This document shows positions 27,745-40,507 of a stretch of DNA of 64,000 nt, one piece after another. Source of the stretch: the human T2T-CHM13v2.0 reference genome, Homo sapiens. A program made the position numbers and the translations under genes. The DNA lies in the NCBI RefSeq assembly GCF_009914755.1, contig NC_060931.1; one strand, 5' to 3'. The notes below the pieces were generated by a model. The model did not search any database. It was not told the DNA's origin and worked only from the letters and a program-made list of their open reading frames with translations. The number at the start of each line of letters is the position of its first letter. The stretch's first letter is position 1.

Positions 27745-28322
27745 TCAATTGGAATTGATCAAAATGGCCTTAAATTTCCTCTTCAGCTTGAGTAAACTTG
27801 TCTTTTTCTTGATTATAGGCTCCTGACCTTCCTTTATTTATAGCATTTACTTCAGGAAACTTGCAAGTGTAAGTTTTTTCTCTGCCTCTTTGAGATGTAA
27901 ATCTTTCTTTAAAAGCTTCTTGCCAGTTTTACAACCCAGAAATATCTTTCTCACAGACCTGAGAACCACTCTTTGAAATGTACTCATGAAAGAAGATAGT
28001 ACGTATCCCCCAATTTTTATGGGAGAAGAAGAGCATAACTTCCGTAGAAGTCTTGCTAAAAGTTGTAAAACTACCTTCTGTCATAAAGTTATGAGAAGTT
28101 TACTTTGCTTTGTATGAAGCCAATTAGTATACACAGATGGCCAATGTTGTATCATATCCTATAATAAATTTCTTCTAGCTCCTTCCAACCTTTGAAAACC
28201 CTATAGCCTTCTACTTCAGCGGAGTTGAGATCAGACTTAGTTCTCATCTCCCTCCCCTATTGAAATAGCCTTGAGTGAAAAATTCCTTGACTATTCAACT
28301 TTGACATGATTTTTTGCTTTGA
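27745..28322 (+). mobile_element. Old ERV1 (MER4-group, MER67-like) solo LTR; boundaries approximate
   Basis: AAAATGGCCTTAAATT..TCAGCTTGA.TAAACTT, AGCATTTACTT..AAACTTGCAA.TGTAA, TTTGAGATGTAAATCTT and CTCCCCTATTG.AATAG motifs. Confidence 0.55.
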
Positions 28323-28510
28323 TTGAATCAATGATCAAATTATTTTAGTAATTTATGAAAAGACCTTTAACTTGACTTATTTTGTTGCACAATGGAAAAA
28401 CAAAAGAAAACAAATAAAAATATAGATCTTGAATAAGATAACCTGGATTTGAGCTCAGTTTTCTCTATTTTCAAATTATCAAAGAATATAGTTCATATCT
28501 TCCCTGTTAT

Positions 28511-29300
<790 letters not shown>

Positions 29301-31699
29301 TTATCACCAAGTAAATATTAACAACATATTAAATTAAAGAACAGGAACACATATATTGATAGCACCTTATGTTTATTTGTCATCACTGAACTTATTTTTG
29401 TTTTCTATATAATGTATAGATTTAGAATTTGCACAACATATGAAAGATTAGACAGAAATATGAATAAATTCTGTCTGGTTATTACCATTCAATATTTTAT
29501 AAGTTGCTATCTCTAAAAAGAATACACTGAGATGTTCTTTTAATGTGGCTTTGTTGTAGTTCTGGCAATTAACATATCAAACATTAATTCATTTAAATGA
29601 AAGAAAACATATCATTATTCTAATATGGCTAAGCAGAGCCAAGCTGTTGTGAGATTTGCATAGACATATCATCAAATGGCAATATCTGATCAGTGACAAC
29701 ACACCTTCCAGTCTACATATTTTTCCTAGTTGTGTGATATACCTTTGATATAATATCAGTGTTACAAAAATTATAATTCCACTCACTAATTTGTAGTTGC
29801 TTTATAAAAGCACTCTCTGAGTTGAATTATTTCATCCAGAGCTCCTGACACACAACTTGATTTTAGCTAGAAAAGCCAGTCAAATAATATTTCAGAAGCT
29901 ATCAACAAAAAAAGTCAACAGATTACCCTACATAATAATAAAGATCTTTTATATTAAAAATGTCATAAATACAGTTAATAGACAAGCAATATTTTAGGGA
30001 AAAAATGTACAACATATATAAAGGGCAACAGTTTAGTATATAATAACCTCCTAAAATAAATAGAGTAAATTAATCAGTAGAATAATGGACAAAAGAAAGG
30101 TACAAATACTTGATTTAAAAAACTATGAAACAAACTACAGTTTGCCAACAAACAGAAAAAGATGTTCAAGAAAACCAGCAATTTTTTTGTGACAATCAAT
30201 TCAAACCAAAAAAATTAAAACTATACACCTATTAGATTATTTTTAAAAATTATTCTTAATATTCAGTTAACATTGATATTAGAGTGATATTTTATCTAAG
30301 TTGATTTTTACAGAAATATTTAACCTATTTATGTGGGTGTGTGAATGTTCACTGAAACACTGTTTATAATGGCTACATTTTACTCATAATATAAATATCC
30401 ACTGATTAGGGAATGGTTAAACCATGTGTGATGCATTCATTTGTAAAAATTACAAAATCATTAAGTCTTTCCAAAAGCTAAGAGTTCTAAAATAATGTTC
30501 TAGGAGGACAGAGTTTAAAAAAGCAAAAACAAAAAGTGATTTGAAAATTATGCATAAGTATTAATATATTTCATCCCACATGTTACAAAAAATTATATAT
30601 GTTTGTGTCTATGTATGTACACATACAAATGCATAGACATACTCATATCAAATTTTTTATTATTGTTACCAATTGGTATAAGATTAGATAATTAAAGTAG
30701 GGCTTTTCCTTGCATCATGTATACTTGTTTAGTTTTCGACTATTTGCTTTTTTACAATGAAAATACATTGATCTGCTGCTAGTTTGCTTAAATTGTTTTC
30801 GTTTTAAAATGGTAAAATATAAAATAGCTAACATCAAAGCTATTCCAAAATTTAATTATTTTAGAACAAGAATTTTACCTGGAATGATAAATTTCCAGAA
30901 GTTATATTTTTAAAATTTTAATGATGAGAAAATGCTAAAAGTATTTAATTACAGGTATTAGATGTGTCATTTCTTTGTAAAAGTATATAATGTCCTTACA
31001 ATTTTCAAGCTATAAATATGTAAATTTAAAAAAATTATCTTGATTACACTGCTGGAAATAGTCAAAGATTTATTGGGGCTTACTATGAATTCCAATCAGT
31101 GATAGTTAACTGGAGCCCCATGGTGATCACTTAGTCAATATCAGATAAGCTATGAGGACATTTCTGATTATCACATTCTTATCAGATTAAATTTATTTCC
31201 AGCAATAACTACTCAGTGGGTTCCACTTGGAACTCTTATTACTGCTTCTGCGGGATATAACATTTAAGAGGGTAGAGTATTGATGACATTGAACAAACAC
31301 ATAAAACTTCATTTGACTTTAGGTTGATCTTCACTACCTTGCAGAAACAGTGCCTTACTTAGTTTTTCATTCATGTAGCCTATTTCTGCTGATGTTTATT
31401 CTTTGTTTTCAACTGATAACTATATTTAAATCACATATCTTTCTTTTTTATTTTGTTTTTGTTTTGTAAGTAGTTGTCTCATTTGCTATTGGAATTCTGG
31501 AGTTAACATTGTCAAAGGACTTTAGTTTAAGCCTTCGTATGTTCATTCATATTCAAGCTGAGAGAAAGCACCTATACTGAATTAGTAAGCCGTGCTTTTA
31601 TGAACCAGATGCTGATCCCAAAAAGTCCTCAATAAATAGAACCCTTTCTGTTTCTAGGTTTCTGAACAGACTGAACAAGAATATCTAACACTTCTACAG

Positions 31700-31890
31700 T
31701 TATTCAGTTCTTATACATACCAGGTAATGTTCTGAGTTACACTCTTATTCATTCCTCACAAGTATCTGAGTTAAATGGAATTTTATTCCCACTTTACAGA
31801 TTAAGAAGTGAGGAACAAATAAATGCAATAGAAGATGATATTCCTAATATGTAATAGGGCTCTGATTTGAATGCACACTATTAGGCTTCA
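31700..31890 (-). mobile_element. MIR relic; remainder probably at about 32400-32445
   Basis: TTATTCCCACTTTACAGATTAAGAAGTGAGG is a reverse MIR core. CAGTCTGACTCAGAAGCC..CTTTCAACCACT lies downstream. Confidence 0.65.
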
Positions 31891-31891
31891 A

Positions 31892-31932
31892 ATATACATA
31901 TATATACACACATATATGTATACATATATACA

Positions 31933-31966
<34 letters not shown>

Positions 31967-31970
31967 TTTT
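31892..31970. repeat. (TA/CA)n microsatellite followed by poly-T
   Basis: Seen directly in the sequence. Confidence 0.9.
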
Positions 31971-31974
31971 CTGA

Positions 31975-32266
31975 TGGGCACCGTGGCTCTTGCCTGTAAT
32001 CCCAGCACTTTGGTGGGCCAAGGTGGGTGGATCATGAGGTCAGGAATTCAAGACCAGCCTGGCCAAGATGGTGAAACCCCATCTCTACTAAAAATACAAA
32101 AAGTAGTCAGGCATGGTGGCAGGTGCCTGTAATCTCAGGTACTCAGGAGGCTGAGACAGAGAATTGCTTAAACATGGGAGACAGAGGTTGCAGTGAGCTA
32201 AGATCAGGCCACTGCACTCCAGCCTGAGTGACAGAGTGAGACTCCCATCTCAAAAACAAAAACAAA
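31975..32266 (+). mobile_element. Alu (AluSg-like)
   Basis: GGATCATGAGGTCAGGA.TTCAAGACCAGCCTGGCCAAGATGG, a dimeric Alu body and an A-rich tail. Confidence 0.92.
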
Positions 32267-34189
32267 GATTTTTTTTCTTTTTTCTTTTCCTTTTTTTTTT
32301 CTTTTTTGCAGGGGAATGGGGAGCAGGGTTGTTTTGTTCTGCCTTTAAATGCACTGAAGATGAAAATAAAATTAATTTGTAAGTGAAGAAAATTGTCACA
32401 GAATGCAGTCTGACTCAGAAGCCAAGCTTTCAACCACTGTTCCGTACTATGTCTTTTTTGTGCGTGTCTATGCTTATGTTTATATCTACATATCACTCCA
32501 TATTTATATAGGATATATATGGATATATATGCTTAATTTGCATACCATACCTAACACATAGTTATTTTAGTTCATGAAATATATCTACTTCATAAATTAC
32601 ATTTTTCCAAAAGCTAACTCATCAAGTCAGAATGGAGACTAACAAGTGGAGCACATCTTGTTCCTGTGTAGGTTCTATATACAGGATTAGTTTCTTTGCT
32701 GTGAATCATAGACAATTTACTATGGCCATCTGGGCTTGAAAACCAAGAGGGGTTCCTGGCTCCCCAAACAGAAAATCTTTATGAAATGTTGTAGTCATCT
32801 ATGTAGTACAACTTTGAGAAATAAAGTGAGAGGTTTGCCTCTAACAACCTCTGGAATTGAACCCAGCAGTCTTCTCTCTTATCACTCATTGTTAATGCAT
32901 GGCACTTGGTCATCAGTGGGTTGAGATTTGTGGTTAAAAGAGAGGCCATGTGGACACTGGACAAAGATCTTCAACTTCACTAAGTCTACATTTTCTCCTA
33001 CCTAAATTAATATAGGAACAAATCACTCTGCTATTTATCATAAGTCTCTGGCACATAGTAAGTCCCTGGTAACATCAAAAAATTCCACAAAATAAAAATT
33101 ATATTATAAAATCATTACCAAAAAGAGTAGATATTTTTTAAAGGAAGAAGAAAGTGCAAACAGGGTAGATTAAGGGCAGCAAAGGAGCATAATCTCAGTG
33201 TAAAGAAGAGGAAATTAGTCCCCTAGGGGATACAAAATCAAAGAGCAAGAACCCAGGAGTAGAAGACAGACAAAAGTCTCAGTTGATCTTATACTTACAG
33301 TAAAAAGAATCTGGTAAGAAATGCTGAAATTTGAAGAACTCCTCAGATCATAAATTCAGCAAGTTTTGGAATGACTCAGGGGAATTTGAATGACAGTTCT
33401 CCAGAACTATAAAAAAAATTCTAAAAACATATTTCCCATTCTCTTATATAATAATATTTACATTGAAATCTGGGAGTTTATTCTCAGAAAAGAACAGCTT
33501 TATCCTTGAAAACAGATCATTGTATGCTCTTATAAAGAACTCTGTTACAACTGTAAAAAAAGAACAGTCACGATATAGACATGACATTGTTATCTAAAAT
33601 TTCCTCTTGTTTCAGTGCAATAAATAGAAGTAGAGTGATGTCCACTCAAGGTTAAGTGTGAGTATTAACAAGAAGTTTAAAGCCTTCTCTTTTATAAGTT
33701 GAAAGCAATCAAATAATTACATCTCTTAAAAGACATTAGGAAATAACTGATTTTTTAAAAGCTAAAGATTAGAAACATATATGCAGAAGTTCTTATGAAT
33801 TTGTAAGCAGTGAATTACTAATAAGTATGCTAAAGTTTATACTGACCCATATGCAGAAGAAGACTTATATATAAATACTTGCTGTTGGATTGTTTTCAGT
33901 AGCGACATTGGAAACAACCTAAAATCAATAGACTTGCTGAATACATTAAGACAATCCCATGCAATACGTTGTTATTTACTAATTAGTAGGACTAAAGTAG
34001 ATTTATGTGTGCAGGTATGGAAAAAACAATCTAAGGTAAAATAAGTAAAGAGAGGAAATGGCAGATAAATGTGTGGCTATGTATGTATGCATATTTATGT
34101 CTCGAAGTATATATAACAGTTGTGTGTGTATATATAATGTGTGTATATATATAAAACAGTTGTATGTAGTTGTATGTATATATAGATGT

Positions 34190-34735
34190 TGTTGCGGGAA
34201 TCAGAGAAACGTAGAGACCAATGGGTGAAACAGGAATATTTTATTAAGTGGTCACTGGCCCAGCAGATTAACATCCAAAGGCTGAGCCCTGAACAAAGAT
34301 ACACTTGACTTTTATACACACTTCTGAAAGGGGGTTGGCTGGTTTGAATGGCGCGGTGGGAACTTAATGGTGCAAAACTCGTGGGGCAGGCAAGCAAGCT
34401 TACAGAAGCAGAACAAAGTCAATTAATCAGACTGTGACGGGTTTCGTAACCCAAGCATAGCTTGTGACCTTGCAGCTGCATTGAAGGAAAAACAGGAATT
34501 TACAAAACTTGGGAAATTGAGAAACAGTAGAGGGATGAGGAGATAGTAAAGGAATTTGTTTTTCTTGTCCTTGCTCTGATGGCGTGTTAGGAAAGTCTCT
34601 GGGACTCATTCCTGTGGACTCTGTCTTCCTGGATAGCGTTATCATGTCTCGGCCAGGGCCCTGCCTATTGCTGGCCTTGGAGTGATTCAGCCAAGTACAG
34701 GAAAAACTTGTTTTTCTCTTTTAACTTCTGCTTCA
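34190..34735 (-). promoter_or_regulatory. 3' LTR of the provirus (HERV1_LTR/LTR4-like)
   Basis: Minus strand reads TGAAGCAG...CCCGCAACA (TG..CA ends). It is preceded by PPT AAAGCGGGGAA and contains TATAAAA (about 34310) and AATAAA (about 34240). Confidence 0.85.
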
Positions 34736-34767
34736 TTCCCCGCTTTGATGCTTTTTACAAATGAGGT

Positions 34768-36892
34768 TTAATAGAAAGCATCACTATTAATTAATTCTTC
34801 ATGTAATGGTAGATTTTCTTCATTTGGCAAAGGTTGATATTTAGTTAGAGCCATTAGTTGAGTGGTAGTTTGCCTGGTTACACAAGCCTCTGTGGTCGAT
34901 TGAATGTGTTTAACAAGGAGGGGTAAGAGGCAAGGGAGTATTAAGCAACTTCCTAGTATGGCCAGAACTATTCTTATTAGAGTTTTAAATCCTCCAAGGG
35001 ATGAGAACCAGCCTCAAAAGAGAGAATCAGGAGACCATCCTTTCCAAGTCTGGACTCGAACATGGGCTAATTTTTGGATTTTGGCAGTTATATCTTCGAT
35101 GACTTCCCATTGTCATAAATTTCTAGGCAGCAATTAGTTAGATTGAACTTCCTGCATACCCCTCCCTTCTGGGCTAGGAGGTAATCTAAGGCCAGTCTAT
35201 TTTGATAAATAGCATTTCTCATTTTTGTGGCTTGCTGGACGATTAGATTTAAGGTCCTTGCAGTGTCATTAGTAATGATTTCAAGCACTGCCTGTAACTC
35301 TATGATGTGGTTGAACATGTAAATAGGGGTGCGGCCATACATTCCATCTTCCCCCCAAGTGGCTGGTCCATAATATTGGATTATTCTTTCAGGGGGCCAT
35401 TTGTCATCCTTCCAATTCCCTGTGGTTTTACTCCTTTTATCTCTCTTTTTAGTTTCATCGTAGACAGGGTACCCTAAGGCTCCTCCTTGCTTTAGAGGGA
35501 TTGGAAAGAAGGACAGTCTAATTGTCCTTAGTACACAAACCACTGTCCATTTTGCTGGCAGTTGCTGATATTCGCTTGGCCCATAGATCCAGTAGAGGCC
35601 AGAGGGTGCCTGCCAGGTATTTGGAGCTTCAAGTTGGTACCAAGAGTGGTTTAAAGAAGGGAAACAGGAGAAGGGGCTGGGATGAGGTGATGTGGAATTA
35701 TTTTTGCCCTGCCATGAAGTTTTTCCTAGCATTTCATTGTAATATTGGTGTCCTAGGCAAGTTAATTCTCCTGCTGGGTCTGTAAAGGGTTTTCCCCAGT
35801 GAGCAATGCAGAATCTTCTGATAATAGAGGTTTTTAAGAGCCAGACACTCGAGCTCGTGCGCGTTGGTTCAGGAGAGGAGACAGAGTGAAGTTATCTTGG
35901 GGCATTAGCTGTCTTGCTTTCCATGGCCATTGATCCCCCATGTTGGTTCTTACGCAAACATAGCATGAGGAGTCCTGTAAACTGCTAGCTGTGTTTTCAG
36001 CTAGTTGGGCAAACAGATTTCCGGCCAAAGGAGGGGGCTCAGGAAACTTCTGGTTGATATGCTCATAGAATGACTTGAAAACTCTGAATTGTTGAACAGG
36101 TCTGGATTTTCTTCATGATATGTAAAAATAACATTTTTAAAGACAGTTTTTCCCTCTTGATTTTTGGTTAAATAGGAGTATCCTATTGGTGCTTCTATTC
36201 CTGTAGTCTGTATCTGTATGTTTGGCTTTAAGATGGTGAAATTTACAAGACTGCAAGCATTTGCTTTACAGTCTGGGTCTGCTGGTATTTGGGTAAACAT
36301 GACCTGCCTTTATTTAGTAGCCCATGTTGCGCAGTCCCAGGTGGAGCAAGCCGGGGGAGTTCTAACACTTTTACAACAAGTTCCTACAGGAAAGGTTGAG
36401 TCTCTGAACGTTGCCTGGCAAATATTTAAGTACAAGGATATGGTTCCTTTGTGGAAAGGGGGGTACCTTGTTTTCGTTTAAAAGGGCTCCCTCTTCTGAC
36501 CCGTCACAGATTTCGAACCACGTCCCAGGTAAGAATCTAGGGTCATAACACACATAAGGCTGGTTATTTCCTGGGTCACAAATTGAGTAGGTGGTCTGGT
36601 TGTGAGTACAATTTCCTAGGTGGGTTCCAATACACTCACAATAAGTATGGTATAATAGAGTTCTGGTTTATAGTGCTTCCTGACCATGTAGTATGAGTGC
36701 ATACCTCTTAGAGTTCTCCGTTTAACATAGATAAGGGGACCAGCAATAATAAGGTAAAGAGTAGCATACTCATACCCAGCAGGCACAAAAGAGGTGTTTA
36801 CCCAGAGGAGGGGGTTGAGCAAAGCAACAGGACAATAGTAAAACAACTAGTGTTACAAGGAAAATTACTAGGCTCAATATTTCTAGCCACAT
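34768..36892 (-). pseudogene. env: Retroviral envelope, frameshifted
   Basis: Signal-peptide-like MWLEILSLVIFLVTLVVLLL, CXXC (SSCYVC), furin-like KKRDKR, immunosuppressive domain [23 protein letters not shown] loop and hydrophobic anchor LIRIVLAILGSCLILPCLLPLL. Confidence 0.92.
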
Positions 36893-39800
36893 TTACTTCC
36901 CTGATGATGACTCAAGCTTTGGCCATGCATAGACTAGTCAGCTTCCAGGGTGACTAGAGCAGGGCTGTTGTTGTCTCCACTGGCGACTCAGTCTCAACAC
37001 AGGATCAACCTGGGGGATGGTTTGGGTCCCAATGGCTGGTCCATTTGTCTCGAGCTTCCGGTTTCAGTCAACTGTGGTAAATCCAAGGCACAATTCCTGC
37101 AACTTTAACAGCAGTGGGAGTGGACAAGATTATAGTATGGAGCCCATCCCATATGGGTCCCAAAGTGGTTGGATTCCATTGCTTAACCCAAACAGTCTCC
37201 AGGTTTAAATGGGTTCGCTGGTTCTGTTAGGCTTATGGGCATTCTTTCCCGTACTCAGCCATGGATTTCTTGCATGACTATCCCTAAAGCCTGCATTTGT
37301 CTCCTTAAGGTCAATTTCCCTAGTTCACAGAGATCACCCTTAATTTGACCTATGATAGGGGGTGGCTGGCTGAACAAGGTCTCTTAGGTAGAATACCCAG
37401 TTTGTTTGTTGGGGGTGCATCAGACTCAGAGGAGGACCATGGGCAGGATCTGATCCCATCTTAGATGAGTTTCTTGACAATATTTTTTCAGTAGCTGTTT
37501 GAGTGTCCAGTTCATGTGCTTCACCTTTCCTGAGCTCTGCAGCCGGTAGGCTGTGTAATTTTCATTTTATTTTTAACAGCCGTGTTAGTTCTTGAACTAT
37601 TTCAGCTACAAATGCCAGACCATTGTCTGACCCTAGAGTTAGGGGCAGTCCAAATCTGGGGATAATGTATCTTAACAATACTTTAGTCACTTCTCATGCT
37701 CTCTCTGTTCTAGTGGGGAAAGCTTCGACCCATCCCGAGAAGTTGCAGACGAGCACCAGCATGTACTGGTAGCCCCTCATTTGGGGCATCTTGTGAAATC
37801 TGCAAGTAGGTTTTCACAGGGTGTGGCCCCCATTTCCTGAATTCCCGGGGGGCCAAGTGGGCCCTTGTCTTGGGTTGTTCTGGGCACAAGTTAGACATTG
37901 TTTACAAATGTCTTGGGTGATGGCAGTGAGCCATGGCACATAGTAGCATTTCTAGTGCCATTTTCCCCATATGAGTTCCTTAATGGAATTGTCTTACAAA
38001 CTTGAAACTCCCATTTCAGGGATAGCTAGTCCCCCATTGGAGAATTTCCACCATTCTCCTTCAATGTACTTTCCAGATTCTCAGGCAAACCAGGCCTTCT
38101 CATTTGAAGAATAACTTGAGACCTCTGGGAGGGAGGGATCTGGGAGGAGAGGCATATCTAGGGTTTCTTTCTTAAAATGCAGTGTAGTCATTGTTGCCCA
38201 TTTGGCCTCCCTGTCTGCCTTTCTGTTTCCCATAGTCTCTAGTTTTCCTGCCTTTTGGTGACTCCTGCAGTGCATAATGGCCACTTTCTCTGGGGCCCAT
38301 ACAGCGTCTAAGAGCTGCAGAATTTCTTCTTTGTGTTTTATTTCTTTGTCCCTAGCAGTTAAGGGTCCTCTTTCTTTATATATAGCCCCAAGAACATGCA
38401 ACATGGCAAAAGCATATTTGGAGTCTGTATAAACATTGATCTTTTTGTCTTTTGCCAGCAAAAGAGCTCATGTCAGGGCTATTAGCTCTGCCTCTGTAGG
38501 CAGAGGCTGAACCTCCACTACTGAGTCCAATGTTACCACCATATACCCAGCTCAGCGGACCCCACCCAGTATAAAACAGCTCCCATCTGTGAAGTATTCA
38601 ACACCTGGTTCTCTGAGGGTTTGGTCTGTAAGGTCTCCCTGGCTTGAGAACACCTTGTCTACTGTTTCCACACAGTCATGAAGGGGGGCTCCCAACTCTA
38701 TCAGGAGCAAGGTGGCTGGGTTAAGGGTATTTACCGTTTCCAGAGTTATATAAGGATTTTCACATAGGAGACCCTGTTACTGGGTCATCCTTGGATTTGA
38801 TAACCAATGATGCCCTCTCTGGTCCATTAATGTTATAACCAAGTGCGGTACCCAGATGGTCAGTTGTTGCCCTACAGTCAGTTCGTCAGCTTCTTGTGCC
38901 AATAGGGCAAAGTCAGTTAGTGCCCTGAGGCAAGGAGGCCACCCTAGTGCTATGGTGTCTAGCTGCTTGGATGAGTATGCCACTGGGCGATGCCATGATC
39001 CCATGACTTGAGTCAGGACCCGTATAGCCATTCCTTTTCATTCACGGATATATAGAAAAAAAAGGCTTAGTTATATCTGGCAGTCCTAAGGCTGGGGACT
39101 GAGTTAAGCCTTCCTTGATTTGCTTGAATGTCCTCTCCTGGTCAGCCTCCCAGAGGAGGGGCTCCCTTTCCCCCTGCTTTGTGGCTTCAGGTAAGGGCTT
39201 GGCCATTACTGCAAAATTTGGGATCCAGATACAGCAGAACCCTGCTGCTCCCAAGAATTCTTATTTGACACCAGGTGGTTGGAGTTGGAAGCACACAAAC
39301 AGCCTGCTTTTGTTCAAGGCTGAGCCAGCGTTCTCTTTGGCTTACTATGAAGCCTAAATACTGGACTTTTCTTAGATTTGAGCCTTTTTCCTGAACACCT
39401 TATATCCAGCTTTCCACAGAAGGTACAGTAGGTCTTGGGTTCCTTGGAAGCAGTCCTTTTGGGTTGGGACTGCCAGAAGAAGGTCATCTATATATTCCAG
39501 CAAGGCACAGTTATAATTTGGCAGGGTGTAGGCCTTGAGGTCTGAAGCCAGTGCTTCTTCAAAGATTGTGAGAGAGTTTTTGAACCCTCGTGGGAGTCTT
39601 GTCTAGGTGAACTGTGAATCACCCAGTGAAATGAAAAGATGGGCTAACTGGTGCTAGGTGAAGACAGAAAAATGCATCTTTCAGATCTAAGTAAGTAAAC
39701 CAGGTAGCACTTGCTGGAATAAATCCCATTAAAGTATATGAGTTTGGTACCACTGGGTAGATGGTTACAGTAGCCTGGTTATAGCGCGTAAGTCCTGCAC

Positions 39801-40507
39801 CGGTCTATATTCACCAGATGGTTTCTGTACCAGCAAGAGTGGAGTGTTCCAGGGTGACTGGCATTTGACTAAGATTCCATGTTTGAAGAGCCATTCTAAG
39901 TGTTTGTGAATGTCCCATATGTCTTCTTGGAAAAGTGGGTATTGGTGAAGCGGAACTGGAGTTGCCCCTGGTTTTAACTCTACTACCACTGACGCTTGAT
40001 TTTCAGGCAGCCCAGGTGGGTTATCTTCAGCCTATACTCCAGGAATCCTATAAAATAGCTCATGCAGTTCATTTATTCCCAGTTCTGGTGACTCTTTTGT
40101 GTATAGTCTCCATTCCTCAGTCTGTGGGATGGTAAGAGTTAATACCATGGCCTTTGGGTAAGTCAGTTTTAAAGTCATATCCCCTTGTGGCCCAAAAGCA
40201 ATCAGCGCTTGCAGTTTTTGGAGTAGGTCTCTTCCCAGCAGGGGGACTGGGCAATTTGGGAGGTTTGGAACTCATGCTGGATTTTTTGTCCTCCTATGAC
40301 ACACCTCCTTGGCTGACAAAATGGCCTCTTCTCTGGGACCCCAGTGGCCCCAACAACAGTCATATGTTTTTTGGATAGTGGCCCTATGGGCCAGGTTACT
40401 ACCGAGTGTTCAGCCCTGGTGTCTACCATAAAGTCCATTAGTTGGTCCCCTATTTCCACTGTGACCATGGGCTCCTGGGGGCCTAAGGAGATGGAGCCTA
40501 GTCTGGC
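36893..40507 (-). pseudogene. pol: Retroviral protease-RT-RNaseH-integrase, inactivated at multiple sites
   Basis: Protease FMVDT(R)AEHS; RT QSPWNTPLL..EYRPVQDLR, LPRGFKNS, YIDD (about 39485); RNase H VYTDSKYAF; integrase GSDNGLAF and QSSGKV(K)HMN. Many stops and frameshifts. Confidence 0.92.
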
